64,000 nt of DNA from Spirochaetia bacterium (GTDB taxonomy: Bacteria; Spirochaetota; Spirochaetia; UBA9216): the NCBI GenBank assembly GCA_965140585.1, contig OZ223269.1, positions 64,001 to 128,000 on the forward strand. The letters are read 5' to 3'. The position numbers and the translations under genes were made by a program. Numbering within the stretch: the stretch's first letter is position 1; each line of letters starts with the position of its first letter. Positions 31,564 to 41,609 of this stretch are shown in pieces. The notes under the pieces are model-generated. The model worked only from the letters and a program-made list of their open reading frames with translations. It had not been told where the DNA came from and searched no databases.

Positions 31564-33285
31564 TTGGATTATTCAGCTCCCTTCCTTACACAGCAGCTTA
31601 TAGCATACATCGGGAATAAGAGACGGCTGCTTCCCTTTCTTGGTGATGTATTTAAAGAGCTATCCTCAGAAAGCGGAGCAGGCACCGCTCCGCTTCGTTT
31701 CTGCGATCCCTTTGCAGGATCCGGCTCAGTCTCCAGACTGGCGAAGCTGATGGGCTTCAGTGTAAGCTCCAATGACTGGGAGATGTATTCATACTTGATA
31801 AACACTGCTCATCTCTGCTGCTCGCCGCAAGAAGCTGACCGTCTTTTCATAAGAGAAGGGGGGCTTGGCCCGGCTGTTGATGAGTTGAATCGATATGGAA
31901 GGGCTGATGCGGTTACCGGCCGACATGAGCCTTATATCAGCAGGTATTATGCTCCGGATGAAACGGAAACTGCAGATTACCATAAAGAGCGGCTGTTTTA
32001 TACGCATGAGAATGCTGTTTTCATTGACAGAATTCGTCACCGGATAGATGAACTATATCCGAATCCCGAGGAGGGCAGTGATGATTTTTATAAAAAAGCT
32101 CTTCTTGTTGCTCCGCTCCTGTATCAGGCTGCCACACATGCGAATACCAACGGTGTGTTTAAAGCCTGCCACAAGGGCTTCGGCGGACATGGTAAAGATG
32201 CTCTTACAAGAATAATGGCGAATATGGAGCTTCGTGTTCCGCTTCTTGTGCCGGGAGCTGCGAATGCGGCTTTTTCAGTAAGCAGGCAGGACGCTTCCGA
32301 CTGTGCAGCTTCGGAGGTTTGGGATATCTGCTACCTTGACCCTCCCTATAACCAGCATCAGTACGGAAGCAACTATTTTATGCTTAATACGATAGCAGCA
32401 TGGGATCGGCCTGATGTTTCGATGGAAAGACACCCCGACGGAACACTGATGCACAAGGCAGGTATCCGGCCCGACTGGGTAGAAACACGTTCACCCTTCT
32501 GCTATGAGAAAACAGCTCCGCAGGCCCTCCGCCGCCTGCTTGAGAACAGTGAAAGCAGATACTTTGTACTGAGTTATAATACAGAAGGCATCATTCCTTT
32601 TGATGTGCTGTGTTCAATTCTTTCAGATTTCGGCAGTCTTCAGATTTTCTGCAGTGATTATGTAATCTACCGCGGCGGAAAGCAGAGCCTTGGGCGTAAT
32701 AACCGGAATGTTGAATATCAGCTTGTGGTGAACACTGCAAAAAAATATCACAGCTCTGATCTCGATTCCATAAATGAATTTTTAATAGCAAAAAAGATCA
32801 TTTCAGCAATGAATGAATCCTTTAATCCGGAACGGCTGAAAGAGAAGTTTATGGTTGATGATGATTCAGCTGTGCTGCTGTCTGACACAGTTCCGGAGCT
32901 AAAATACAGAACGTACAGGCAGTTCAGGTTCAAGGAGGTCCCATCTGCAGTTCAACTGCTTGGATGCGGGCGCGAAGAACTCCTTGAAATATCCGGGGCA
33001 CTTGAGTACAGCAGGTGCAGAGATAAGAAGGAAGAAGCTGATGTGCTGCTTAGCCTTATTGAAAACGCCAGGACAGAAGGCTCTGATTCATCTGAAATTA
33101 AAAAGCTGTGGAAGCTCCTGCTGGCCACTGTACGGAAATTCGCATTCAGAAAGTACCGTGAAGATTTTGAATACTACTTTAACCGGATGTCTGTACTTTC
33201 TGAAAACTTTCCTGAAAAACGGAATATGCTCAATAAAGAATTATCCTCCCTCAGGCATGTCGCCGGGCTTAGATTCTCGAGATAA
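31564..33285 (+). CDS. orphan N6-adenine DNA methyltransferase (D12/Dam-like) with C-terminal extension
   Basis: YIGNKRRL, DPFAGSG, YLDPPYNQHQYGSNY, LSYN. Confidence 0.85.
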   Translation: MDYSAPFLTQQLIAYIGNKRRLLPFLGDVFKELSSESGAGTAPLRFCDPFAGSGSVSRLAKLMGFSVSSNDWEMYSYLINTAHLCCSPQEADRLFIREGGLGPAVDELNRYGRADAVTGRHEPYISRYYAPDETETADYHKERLFYTHENAVFIDRIRHRIDELYPNPEEGSDDFYKKALLVAPLLYQAATHANTNGVFKACHKGFGGHGKDALTRIMANMELRVPLLVPGAANAAFSVSRQDASDCAASEVWDICYLDPPYNQHQYGSNYFMLNTIAAWDRPDVSMERHPDGTLMHKAGIRPDWVETRSPFCYEKTAPQALRRLLENSESRYFVLSYNTEGIIPFDVLCSILSDFGSLQIFCSDYVIYRGGKQSLGRNNRNVEYQLVVNTAKKYHSSDLDSINEFLIAKKIISAMNESFNPERLKEKFMVDDDSAVLLSDTVPELKYRTYRQFRFKEVPSAVQLLGCGREELLEISGALEYSRCRDKKEEADVLLSLIENARTEGSDSSEIKKLWKLLLATVRKFAFRKYREDFEYYFNRMSVLSENFPEKRNMLNKELSSLRHVAGLRFSR

Positions 33286-33456
33286 CTGAATCTTCCAAAG
33301 AATATTAATTTTATTGTTTACACTGTTTATCTTCATTCAGTATAGTAAAAAACGCAAATAAAGAACAATAATTAAAGCTTTTAAAGCGCAATATGAAACA
33401 TACGTAACTTTGTAAAATGCTTATTAATGATCATAATCAATTCTCGGAGGGTGTAC

Positions 33457-34494
33457 ATGAAATTTAACAGGAACATTCTGACAGAACTGGAAAGATGCTA
33501 CTCGGTAGCCTGCATGGATATAAATGAAAAGCCGCATGCTTTTTTTGCCTCCGAGGGACGGTTCGGCTGCTATGCTTTCAGCTGTTCTGACTACACCGAT
33601 GGCAAGACTGTGTGGGACCAGCCCGGAGGCACTATGAGTATAGTTAAGATCCCGGGTAAGAAGGGTGAGTTTCTTGCCGGACAGAAATTCTTTAAAATGT
33701 TTGACTGGGAAGAAGCCGAGATGGTATGGGTGAAGACTCTTGCTGATGGAAGTTTTTAAGTAAAAACTATATTCAGAATGCCATATCTTCACAGGTTTGA
33801 TATCCTTCAGCGAAACGGAAAAAATTTCTTTATCGGATGTACCCTTTCTTCCGCTAAAAATGCCAAGGATGACTGGAGCAATCCGGGGTCAGTTTATGTC
33901 GGTGAGCTGCCTGAAGATGAAAACGGCGAACTGGTACTGACAGAGCTTAGAAATGACTTTTTTAAGAATCAGGGCTATGAAAGGGTGACCTGGAATGGAC
34001 TTCAATGTGGAATGGTTTCATGTAAGAGTGGTATATACATATTTACACCTCCGTCCTCTGCCGATGATGCGTGGAGTATTGAACAGATAATGAGTCAGCC
34101 GACCAGCGATATTGCCTGCATCGATATAGACGGTGACGGACAGCCTGAGATTGCAACAATTGAAGAATTTCACGGAAGCTACTTCAGGGTATATAAGATG
34201 ATTGACGGTGAATACAGACAGATATTCGAGCATCCTGAAGTCAGTGAGTTCTACCACGTGGCTGCCAGCGGGAAGATTAACGGTAATCCGGTATTTATGG
34301 GCGGCTGCAGAAGAGGAAAACAGCAGCTGTTCATCCTGAGCTATAATCAGGAAACAGCAAAGATTGAGATTCACACTGTGGATGAGAATGTTGGGCCCAG
34401 TAACGCCATGAATGTAAATCTTGGAGACCGTGATATCATTATTTCTGCAAATAGGGAAATCGGTCAGGCTGCAATATACGATATAGAGCCCTGA
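33457..34494 (+). pseudogene. conserved hypothetical beta-propeller (FG-GAP-like) protein interrupted by an in-frame TAA at 33757-33759
   Basis: ORFs 33427-33759 and 33778-34494 share a frame (..ADGSF*VKTIFRMPYLHRFD..); GGAGG before ATG 33457; DIDGDG motif. Confidence 0.75.
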
Positions 34495-34544
34495 AAACTC
34501 TGTAAAGTCTTTAATAATCAGCAGATACCCCGTTTTTACAGAGA

Positions 34545-34573
34545 TTGACACAGCCCCTTCGTTTGTTTAGTAT
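34545..34573 (+). promoter_or_regulatory. sigma70-type promoter
   Basis: TTGACA-17-TAGTAT. Confidence 0.7.
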
Positions 34574-34634
34574 TAAATAACCCGCGATTGAAAAACTCTT
34601 TTTGTGCATACCGCAGGAAAATAAGGAATAATTA

Positions 34635-36296
34635 TTGAATTTTAACGAACTGAATCTTAACCCTCTTGTGCTTAAGGCGATTGGCGAACTGGGCTTTGTT
34701 AATCCCACTCCGGTACAGGAGAAAACAATACCGATGATTTTAGCCTCAAGCAAGGATATTATCGGTCTCGCTCAGACAGGGACAGGTAAAACCGCTGCTT
34801 TCGGCCTTCCTATGCTTGAGAAAGTAAACTTTAGAACACCTGAAACACAGGCTCTGGTTCTTTGTCCCACCAGGGAACTCTGTATCCAGATTGTAAAGGA
34901 TCTTGAAAGCTTTGGAAAATATCTGCCGGGATGTCATATCACGGCAGTTTACGGCGGAACAGCCTACGGCCAGCAGATAAGAGACCTTAAAAGGGGGGCG
35001 CCTGTTATTGTTGCTACTCCCGGACGTTTAAGAGATCTTATTGATAAAGGCGCTGCGAGACTTGAGAATATCAAGTACCTTGTCCTCGACGAGGCTGATA
35101 TCATGCTTAATATGGGCTTTAAGGAAGAGCTGGATGCAATATTAATGGAGCTGCCTTTCGAGAGGCAGTCACTGCTTTTCTCGGCTACTATGCCTAATGA
35201 GGTAAACCGTATAGCAGTCCAGTATATGCATGAACCGCAGGAAATATCTGTTGGTGAAAAGAATACCGGAAACGCATCTGTTGAGCACAGTTATTTTATA
35301 GTTCACGCCAAAGATAAATTCCAGGCGCTTAAGAGACTGGCAGATTACTACCCGGGTATATACGGAATCGTATTCTGTAAAACCAGAGCCTCAGCCCGTG
35401 ATCTTGCAGAAAGAATGATAAAGGAAGGGTACAACGCCGATGCCCTCCATGGTGATCTGTCACAGGAACAGCGTGAGTATGTAATGGGCAAATTCCGTGA
35501 AAGAGGTCTTCAGCTTCTAATTGCTACCGACGTAGCTGCCCGAGGAGTTGATGTTAAGGATCTTACTCACGTTATCCATTACGATCTTCCGGATGAAATA
35601 GAAGTTTATAACCACCGAAGCGGCCGTACCGGAAGAGCCGGAAGTACGGGGATGTCTCTTGCAATCATAAATATGCGTGAGCGGGGCAGACTCAAAGCTA
35701 TTGAGCGGAACCTGGGCCGCCCAATCAAGGAAGCCGTAATTCCCGGGAAGCAGGAGATTTGCGAACAGCAGCTTATACACCTCATCGACCGTGTACACAA
35801 TGTTAATGTTGATGAAAAGCAGATTCTCGGCTTCATGGATACAATTAACGAGAAGCTGTCCGATCTCGAACGTGAAGATTTGATTAAGCGTTTTGTATCG
35901 CTTGAATTTAACCGCTTTCTTCAGTTCTATAAGGGACTTGAAGATATCAAACCGGTTGAAAAACGCTCGGAGCGCTCGATTGGAGCATCCAGAAAGTATT
36001 CACGCGAACGCAGAGATTCAAGGGGTGAATCAGGAAAGAACCGTCAGAGGGGCGGCCGAAGCGATAATGCTGATTTTACCTGGCTGAAAGTAAACCTGGG
36101 ACACCGGGACAACCTGCAGATCGGCGAACTTTTCGGACTTATCAATCAGTCAACAAGGGGCAAGCAGGTGGAAATCGGCCGGATTGATATTCAGCCTACA
36201 AGTACCCGTTTCCAGGTAGAGAAGGGTGCTGCGGAGTTTCTGAAATCGGTTCTGAAGCGCAAGACTTATAACGGCAGACGGCTTCGAGTTGAATGA
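34635..36296 (+). CDS. DEAD-box RNA helicase (DeaD/CsdA-like, DbpA-type C-terminal RNA-binding domain)
   Basis: AQTGTGKT, PTREL, DEAD, SAT, HRSGRTGRAG. Confidence 0.93.
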   Translation: MNFNELNLNPLVLKAIGELGFVNPTPVQEKTIPMILASSKDIIGLAQTGTGKTAAFGLPMLEKVNFRTPETQALVLCPTRELCIQIVKDLESFGKYLPGCHITAVYGGTAYGQQIRDLKRGAPVIVATPGRLRDLIDKGAARLENIKYLVLDEADIMLNMGFKEELDAILMELPFERQSLLFSATMPNEVNRIAVQYMHEPQEISVGEKNTGNASVEHSYFIVHAKDKFQALKRLADYYPGIYGIVFCKTRASARDLAERMIKEGYNADALHGDLSQEQREYVMGKFRERGLQLLIATDVAARGVDVKDLTHVIHYDLPDEIEVYNHRSGRTGRAGSTGMSLAIINMRERGRLKAIERNLGRPIKEAVIPGKQEICEQQLIHLIDRVHNVNVDEKQILGFMDTINEKLSDLEREDLIKRFVSLEFNRFLQFYKGLEDIKPVEKRSERSIGASRKYSRERRDSRGESGKNRQRGGRSDNADFTWLKVNLGHRDNLQIGELFGLINQSTRGKQVEIGRIDIQPTSTRFQVEKGAAEFLKSVLKRKTYNGRRLRVE

Positions 36297-36330
36297 CGAT
36301 TCAGTTCATTAAAGACTTAATATAATATTC

Positions 36331-36362
36331 AAAGGCTGTTCTTTTTCGAACAGCCTTTTTTT
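36331..36362 (+). terminator. rho-independent terminator
   Basis: AAAGGCTGTTC-tttttc-GAACAGCCTTT plus T run. Confidence 0.8.
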
Positions 36363-36385
36363 ATAGCATATACATCACAAAAAAT

Positions 36386-36414
36386 TTGCTTAAATAAAAA
36401 TATTGCAATAAAAT
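36386..36414 (+). promoter_or_regulatory. sigma70-type promoter, probably leaderless
   Basis: TTGCTT-17-TAAAAT, 5 nt before ATG 36420. Confidence 0.6.
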
Positions 36415-36419
36415 TATAT

Positions 36420-37196
36420 ATGACAGATTCCGATTTGATATACGGCTTATTTGCAACATTTGATTACCCGTGCTTTTCAATAAGTCAGCTGAAATGTTTA
36501 ACTGCACCCTTTGAAGTTTCTGAAACCAGCTTGCGTTCAATACTCTCAAGGATGAAAAAACAGAACGTACTGGAAATAAGCCGTAAGGGGCGTACAGCCT
36601 TTTACACACCGACGGCAGGCTGCAGGCGGTTTGGCGCCAATACAGCAAGGGCCTTTCATGAGCCGGAACATGTAGAATGGGACGGCAAAATTGTTTCCGC
36701 AGCTTTTTCATTATCAGATTCATCATCAAGGTATCAGCTTCAGAAAAAACTGAAGGAATACAGATTCGCACCGCTGTTTCCTGGCTTTTGGGTAAGGCCG
36801 TTCTCAGACGAGTATGATTATAATTTTGTTTTTAATGACTTTATTAAATCTGGGAACTGCTGCCTGACTATCGGTCTGATGACACCGGAAATGACCCCGG
36901 GTACTGCAGCCGAATTATGGAACCTGAAGGAACTGTGGGCAATAATGGAAAAACAGGTTGCCAGTTTGGAGATAACTTACAGCAGCCTGGAAAGCTTATC
37001 TGCAGAGGAGGTGTTTAGAAAAAAGATGGAAGAAGGAGATGCGGCAGTACGCATTCTCGCAGAAGACCCGCTGCTTCCGCCTGTGCTGCAGGGAAATACC
37101 CGGCCCGGAGCAGAGTTAAGACAGGTATTTATGAAGTTTGATAAAAAGGCAACGGAACTTTCCCGTCCTTTCTGGAGTGCCTGTTTAAAGTCCTGA
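36420..37196 (+). CDS. PaaX-family transcriptional regulator
   Basis: wHTH SLRSILSRM, WDGK, WNLKEL, DPLLPPVL. Confidence 0.85.
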   Translation: MTDSDLIYGLFATFDYPCFSISQLKCLTAPFEVSETSLRSILSRMKKQNVLEISRKGRTAFYTPTAGCRRFGANTARAFHEPEHVEWDGKIVSAAFSLSDSSSRYQLQKKLKEYRFAPLFPGFWVRPFSDEYDYNFVFNDFIKSGNCCLTIGLMTPEMTPGTAAELWNLKELWAIMEKQVASLEITYSSLESLSAEEVFRKKMEEGDAAVRILAEDPLLPPVLQGNTRPGAELRQVFMKFDKKATELSRPFWSACLKS

Positions 37197-37207
37197 GGAG
37201 GATAAAA

Positions 37208-37672
37208 ATGGAGTATTCAGTTATAGTCTGGAAGGCTGTGGTATGGGGTGCCGTTATTCTTGTAATCGACATGATTATAGGAAACCTGCTTTATATGAAC
37301 CCTGTAACAGCAGGCATCTATAAGGCCTATGAAGGAAACCCTGTAATGAAGACTGTGGATGATTTCGGCGGTATCGGATGGTATGTAGGGCTGAACATGG
37401 GAGCAGGAGTCTTTATTGTGATTGTGTATCTGCTTCTATATCTGGCCGTTTACAGTGTCCTGCCGGAAAATAAGATTGCGGCCGGATTGATTTTTGGTGC
37501 GGCTATAGTTCTTGTTAAAGTACTTCCGAAAGCATTTAACCAGTTCATGCTTTTTCATTATCCTGTTAAGCTTATAGTGACGCAGGCTGTCAATTCTTCA
37601 ATTTCTTCAATGCTGTTCGGTCTGTACACTTCGGGCATTTATCAGATCACTGGAACAGTAGTCCAGAGGTAG
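37208..37672 (+). CDS. small membrane protein
   Basis: About 4 hydrophobic segments; GGAGG SD. Confidence 0.7.
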   Translation: MEYSVIVWKAVVWGAVILVIDMIIGNLLYMNPVTAGIYKAYEGNPVMKTVDDFGGIGWYVGLNMGAGVFIVIVYLLLYLAVYSVLPENKIAAGLIFGAAIVLVKVLPKAFNQFMLFHYPVKLIVTQAVNSSISSMLFGLYTSGIYQITGTVVQR

Positions 37673-37692
37673 GTTTACTCTCCGGTCTGTAA

Positions 37693-38259
37693 TCACAGGA
37701 TTTTCTGCATTATATATACGTCATCGAACTCTCTGACTATTGAAAATCCGTTTCTTTCATACATATTAACAGTTCCATGATATTTTGAAGCTACAGTCCG
37801 GGTTTCTTTCCGGGGATAGACTTCAATGAGTTCATATCCCTGCTGTTCAAAGTCTTCACAGGCTGTTTTAAGCAGGGCAGATGCTATCCCCTTGCCCCGG
37901 TGAGAGGGATCAATTACAAAACAAACTATAGCAGCTTTCTTTTGTCCGGCGCCTGTTTGTATGTCCTCATCTTCAGTGAGACGAATATAATTGCGGATAT
38001 TTCCTGCATTGACCCATCCCGCAGGTTCACTGTCAATATAGGCTATAAAACCGTTTAGACTGCCGGCCGCAATACGTTCTGCAGCGAGCTCTCTGTTTTC
38101 ACTGCCCGCTCTGTTTTTCCATCCCTGTCCGGCGGGAAAGTGATAGAAGCAGCAGTAGCATGCCGACCAGTCGGGATTATCGCAGAACGCGATGTCATCG
38201 AAGAAATGCAGGTAGTCAGCTGCCATATCCGCAGTCAGTTTTTTTATTTCAATTTCCAT
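37693..38259 (-). CDS. GNAT-family N-acetyltransferase
   Basis: CYCCFYH, HRGKGIA, YHGTVNMYERNGF; GGAGG before ATG 38259. Confidence 0.85.
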   Translation of the reverse strand: MEIEIKKLTADMAADYLHFFDDIAFCDNPDWSACYCCFYHFPAGQGWKNRAGSENRELAAERIAAGSLNGFIAYIDSEPAGWVNAGNIRNYIRLTEDEDIQTGAGQKKAAIVCFVIDPSHRGKGIASALLKTACEDFEQQGYELIEVYPRKETRTVASKYHGTVNMYERNGFSIVREFDDVYIMQKIL

Positions 38260-39070
38260 TATTTGCCTCCAGCACACTGATTGTATGTGATATAAGTTGT
38301 ATGCCGCCAGGCGCTCCATGGCCGGGAATAACAAGTCTGGTTTCTGGGAATTTAATCAGAAGCTTTTTCAGTGAAAGAACCCATTCGGATAAGTCTCCAT
38401 CATCAGTATAACCCGGTTTTTTTGTGTCTGCTGAAAGTATCATGCAACCGCCGAAAAGAATATTTCTGTCGGGAAGATAAACGATGATGTTGTCAAAGGT
38501 ATGTGTTGGCCCTGGATAGCAGATGTTAACAGATTCCGATCCGATTTGAAGATGTTGCTCTTCATTTATATCAAAGGTGATTGCAGGAGGCTGGAAATTG
38601 AAATCATCATAGACTCTCCGGTATTTTTCATACCTTCGGCCCTGAAGCCACCCGGTCATTTTTGACATGGTTGTACTGTTGTGTGTTTGAAGCAGTTCAC
38701 AGGTAAGTGTCGAACCGTAAACAGGTATGCCGCGGCTTAACAGTGTTTCGTTCCCGCCCAGGTTGTCGATGTGGAAACCGGTATTTATTTCTGTAATCAT
38801 GCAGTCAGTTCCGTATCGGGAATAAAGCCATTCAAGGACCTCGGCTGTTGCTTCGGGGGTGTAGGGAGTATCCATCCAGAGAATGTTCGATTCATCCATG
38901 ATTACAAGAAGCGAGTTTGCAGGCCAGGGAAAACTGTGGGTCACCAGAAAAACGTCTGTTTCAATTTCAGTAATTTCAAGTTCATCGGAAAGCTGAAGGG
39001 CCGGAAGAGCTGCGGTAAAAAGAAAAATAAACAGGAACACGATGACCGTGAAAGTTCGACAGGTTTTCAT
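38249..39070 (-). CDS. subclass B1-type metallo-beta-lactamase, SPS-1-like (GxHxD motif)
   Basis: Signal peptide; ANSL, MDTPYT, NTGFHIDNLGG, HTFDN, FGGC, PGHG. Confidence 0.75.
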   Translation of the reverse strand: MKTCRTFTVIVFLFIFLFTAALPALQLSDELEITEIETDVFLVTHSFPWPANSLLVIMDESNILWMDTPYTPEATAEVLEWLYSRYGTDCMITEINTGFHIDNLGGNETLLSRGIPVYGSTLTCELLQTHNSTTMSKMTGWLQGRRYEKYRRVYDDFNFQPPAITFDINEEQHLQIGSESVNICYPGPTHTFDNIIVYLPDRNILFGGCMILSADTKKPGYTDDGDLSEWVLSLKKLLIKFPETRLVIPGHGAPGGIQLISHTISVLEANNGN

Positions 39071-40587
39071 CACTCGCTGGCTATTATCTCCATGACCTCC
39101 CGAAAGCTTTCAAGTCCTGATTCAAGGTTTTCAATAATTTCACCGGCAAGCACATCCGGATCGGGAAGGTTATCAAGGTCTGTCAGACTCTTGTCTTTAA
39201 GCCAGAAGATATCGAGGTTAGTTTTATCTCTTTCAAGGATTTCGCTGTATCTGTATTTTCGCCATCGGCCATCGGGATTTTCTTCACTCCAGGTTTCGGA
39301 CCTCTTGTTTCTGTTTCCAGGGTTATACAGTTCCACGAAGTCTTTAAGGTCCTCGGTGGTCATGGGTTTCTTTTTCTGGGTGTGGTGGATATTTGTCCGG
39401 TAATCATAGAACCATACTTCGCTTGTCTGTGCATCCTTGCTTGCAGGCCTGTTGTCAAAGAACAGGACATTTGCCTTTACGCCGTTTGCATAGAAGATAC
39501 CTGTCGGCAGTCTAAGGATGGTATGAAGATCGGTTGTCAGCATCAGCTGCTTTCTGATTTCTTCTCCGGCTCCGCCTTCAAAAAGGACGTTATCAGGCAG
39601 AACAACCGCCGCCTGACCGCTTACCTTGAGCATCGATTTTATGTGCTGTAGGAAGTTAAGCTGTTTATTCGAAGTAGTCTCCCAGAAGTCCTGACGGTTG
39701 TAGGTGAGCTCTTCCCGTTCTGTTTCTCCCTCTTCATTGGTGATTGTCATGCTGCTTTTCTTTCCAAACGGAGGATTAGCAAGCACGTAGTCGTAGCGGT
39801 TGCCGTCGTCTGATATTAGAGAATCATTGGGTGATATGTAGGTGTCGCCGTCTATCTCGCCGATGTTATGCAGGTACATGTTCATAAGGCAGAGGCGGCG
39901 GGTATTGGCTACAATCTCATTGCCGTGGAAGGTTCCGGTTTTTAGAAACTCCTTCTGGTCACGGTCAAGCTGACTGTTTTCGGTTATCCAGTCGTAGGCA
40001 GCCAGGAAGAAACCGCCGGTACCGCAGGCAGGGTCGGCAATGGTTTTACCGGGTTTGGGCTGTACGCAGGCTACCATGGTTTTAATCAACGCGCGCGGGG
40101 TAAAATACTGACCGGCACCCGATTTTGTGTCCTCGGCATTCTTTTCAAGAAGGCCCTCGTATATACGGCCCTTGATATCAGCCCCCATGATTGACCACTT
40201 TTCCTGATCAATCATGCTTATAACCTTTGAAAGCTTTGCCGGGTCCTGAATCTTGTTCTGGCTCTTTGTGAAAATCTGCCCGAGCATCCCCCTCTCGGTG
40301 CTGAGGCTGCGAAGCAGCTGTGAATAGAAGGATTCAAGCTCGGCGCCCCGCCTGGAACAGAGGTTCTCCCAGCTGCAGATATCTGCATCGGCTATCTCGT
40401 TACCATCAACATCTTTAAGATGAGGAAATACAAGCCCCTTGCTGTACGGCGGTTTATTAAGCTCATCAGCCATTTTAAGAAATAGCAGGTAGGTAATCTG
40501 CTCAAGGTAGTCTCCGTAGCTTACCCCGTCGTCACGAAGAACGCTCGCTAGGTTCCATATTTTTGATATTATTGTTGAATCTGTCAT
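39070..40587 (-). CDS. hsdM: type I R-M methyltransferase subunit M
   Basis: LRDDGVSYGDY, GQYFTPR, DPACGTGGF, NPPF. Confidence 0.95.
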   Translation of the reverse strand: MTDSTIISKIWNLASVLRDDGVSYGDYLEQITYLLFLKMADELNKPPYSKGLVFPHLKDVDGNEIADADICSWENLCSRRGAELESFYSQLLRSLSTERGMLGQIFTKSQNKIQDPAKLSKVISMIDQEKWSIMGADIKGRIYEGLLEKNAEDTKSGAGQYFTPRALIKTMVACVQPKPGKTIADPACGTGGFFLAAYDWITENSQLDRDQKEFLKTGTFHGNEIVANTRRLCLMNMYLHNIGEIDGDTYISPNDSLISDDGNRYDYVLANPPFGKKSSMTITNEEGETEREELTYNRQDFWETTSNKQLNFLQHIKSMLKVSGQAAVVLPDNVLFEGGAGEEIRKQLMLTTDLHTILRLPTGIFYANGVKANVLFFDNRPASKDAQTSEVWFYDYRTNIHHTQKKKPMTTEDLKDFVELYNPGNRNKRSETWSEENPDGRWRKYRYSEILERDKTNLDIFWLKDKSLTDLDNLPDPDVLAGEIIENLESGLESFREVMEIIASE

Positions 40588-41558
40588 GTTCTGTTCCTGT
40601 TGAGTATGCTTATAATCAGCCTTTTTACAACTTCACTCTCATCGGGTTTGCTTACAGCGATGTAGAGAGTCAGGGCTGCAAGGGTGTTGTTGTCGATTAT
40701 CTGGGTGCCGTCGGTTTTATGCAGGGCCCCGTTTATGTCAAGAAAGCAGAGAAAGCAGGCTGCAGCAATACGTTTGTTGCCGTCCACAAATGAGTGGTTT
40801 TTGGTAATGAAGTACAGCAGGTTTGCAGCCTTTTCTTCTATGGAAGGGTATAGTTCCTTTCCTCCGAAGCTCTGCTTAATCTGATTTACCGAACTTTCAA
40901 AGCTTTCATCCTTGGGCTGCGCGAAAACACCGGAGGCAAAATCGGAGTACATGCCTTCAATAAGTGTAAGGTAGTCCTTTACTTCCGGGTATACGGTGCT
41001 GCGGCTGGTTTTGCCTGTTTTATCAAGTTCTTCATGGTCGTAGTCATCAAGCAGGGCAAGACCTTTGGCAAATATCCTGAAGACCTGACGATCGTTATCA
41101 TCGGTAATTGTTTCAATTGCCCTGCCTACAATGCGGATGCCGGTTTTAAGGTATTCAACCTGCTGCTGTTTCTGCTGCAGCCGCTTTTCGTTGATTGAGT
41201 AACCCTGTACAAGGTAGTCTTTCAGCCGCCGGGTTGCCCACTGACGGAACTGGGTAGCTGTTAGAGATTTTATTCTGTAACCTGCTGCTATTATAATATC
41301 AAGGTTATAGTATTTCTGCGTCCTTCTGACTTTTCTTGTGCCCTCCGTTTGAACTTGTAAGAAATCCTTACAAGTTGCCCCCTCTTCCAGTTCCTTTTCA
41401 TTATAGATGTTTTTCAGATGCAGCGTTATGTTCTGTGGAGTAGTGTCAAAAAGTTCGGCCATAGATTTCTGGGTCAACCATACAGTTTCACCATCAAACT
41501 GAACCTGCACTTCAACATCATTGCCAGAACTTTTAAAAATCTCTATCTTATTTTCCAT
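40584..41558 (-). CDS. RhuM-like N-terminal domain + Fic/Doc domain protein
   Basis: ETVWLTQ..MAELF, HLKNIY, YNLD, FRQWAT; HSFVDGNKR. Confidence 0.9.
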   Translation of the reverse strand: MENKIEIFKSSGNDVEVQVQFDGETVWLTQKSMAELFDTTPQNITLHLKNIYNEKELEEGATCKDFLQVQTEGTRKVRRTQKYYNLDIIIAAGYRIKSLTATQFRQWATRRLKDYLVQGYSINEKRLQQKQQQVEYLKTGIRIVGRAIETITDDNDRQVFRIFAKGLALLDDYDHEELDKTGKTSRSTVYPEVKDYLTLIEGMYSDFASGVFAQPKDESFESSVNQIKQSFGGKELYPSIEEKAANLLYFITKNHSFVDGNKRIAAACFLCFLDINGALHKTDGTQIIDNNTLAALTLYIAVSKPDESEVVKRLIISILNRNRT

Positions 41559-41609
41559 ACAGAGCCCCCCTGTATGAATAATCGCAGGATCCGCAGACTG
41601 ATTTTAAAC

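Noticed and set aside
31195-33285. Complete dpd 7-deazaguanine DNA modification island
   Set aside because: No dpdA/tgt, queC, queE or folE in the window.
33757-33759. Programmed recoding at TAA
   Set aside because: TAA is the normal stop for many genes here, and no recoding signal is evident.
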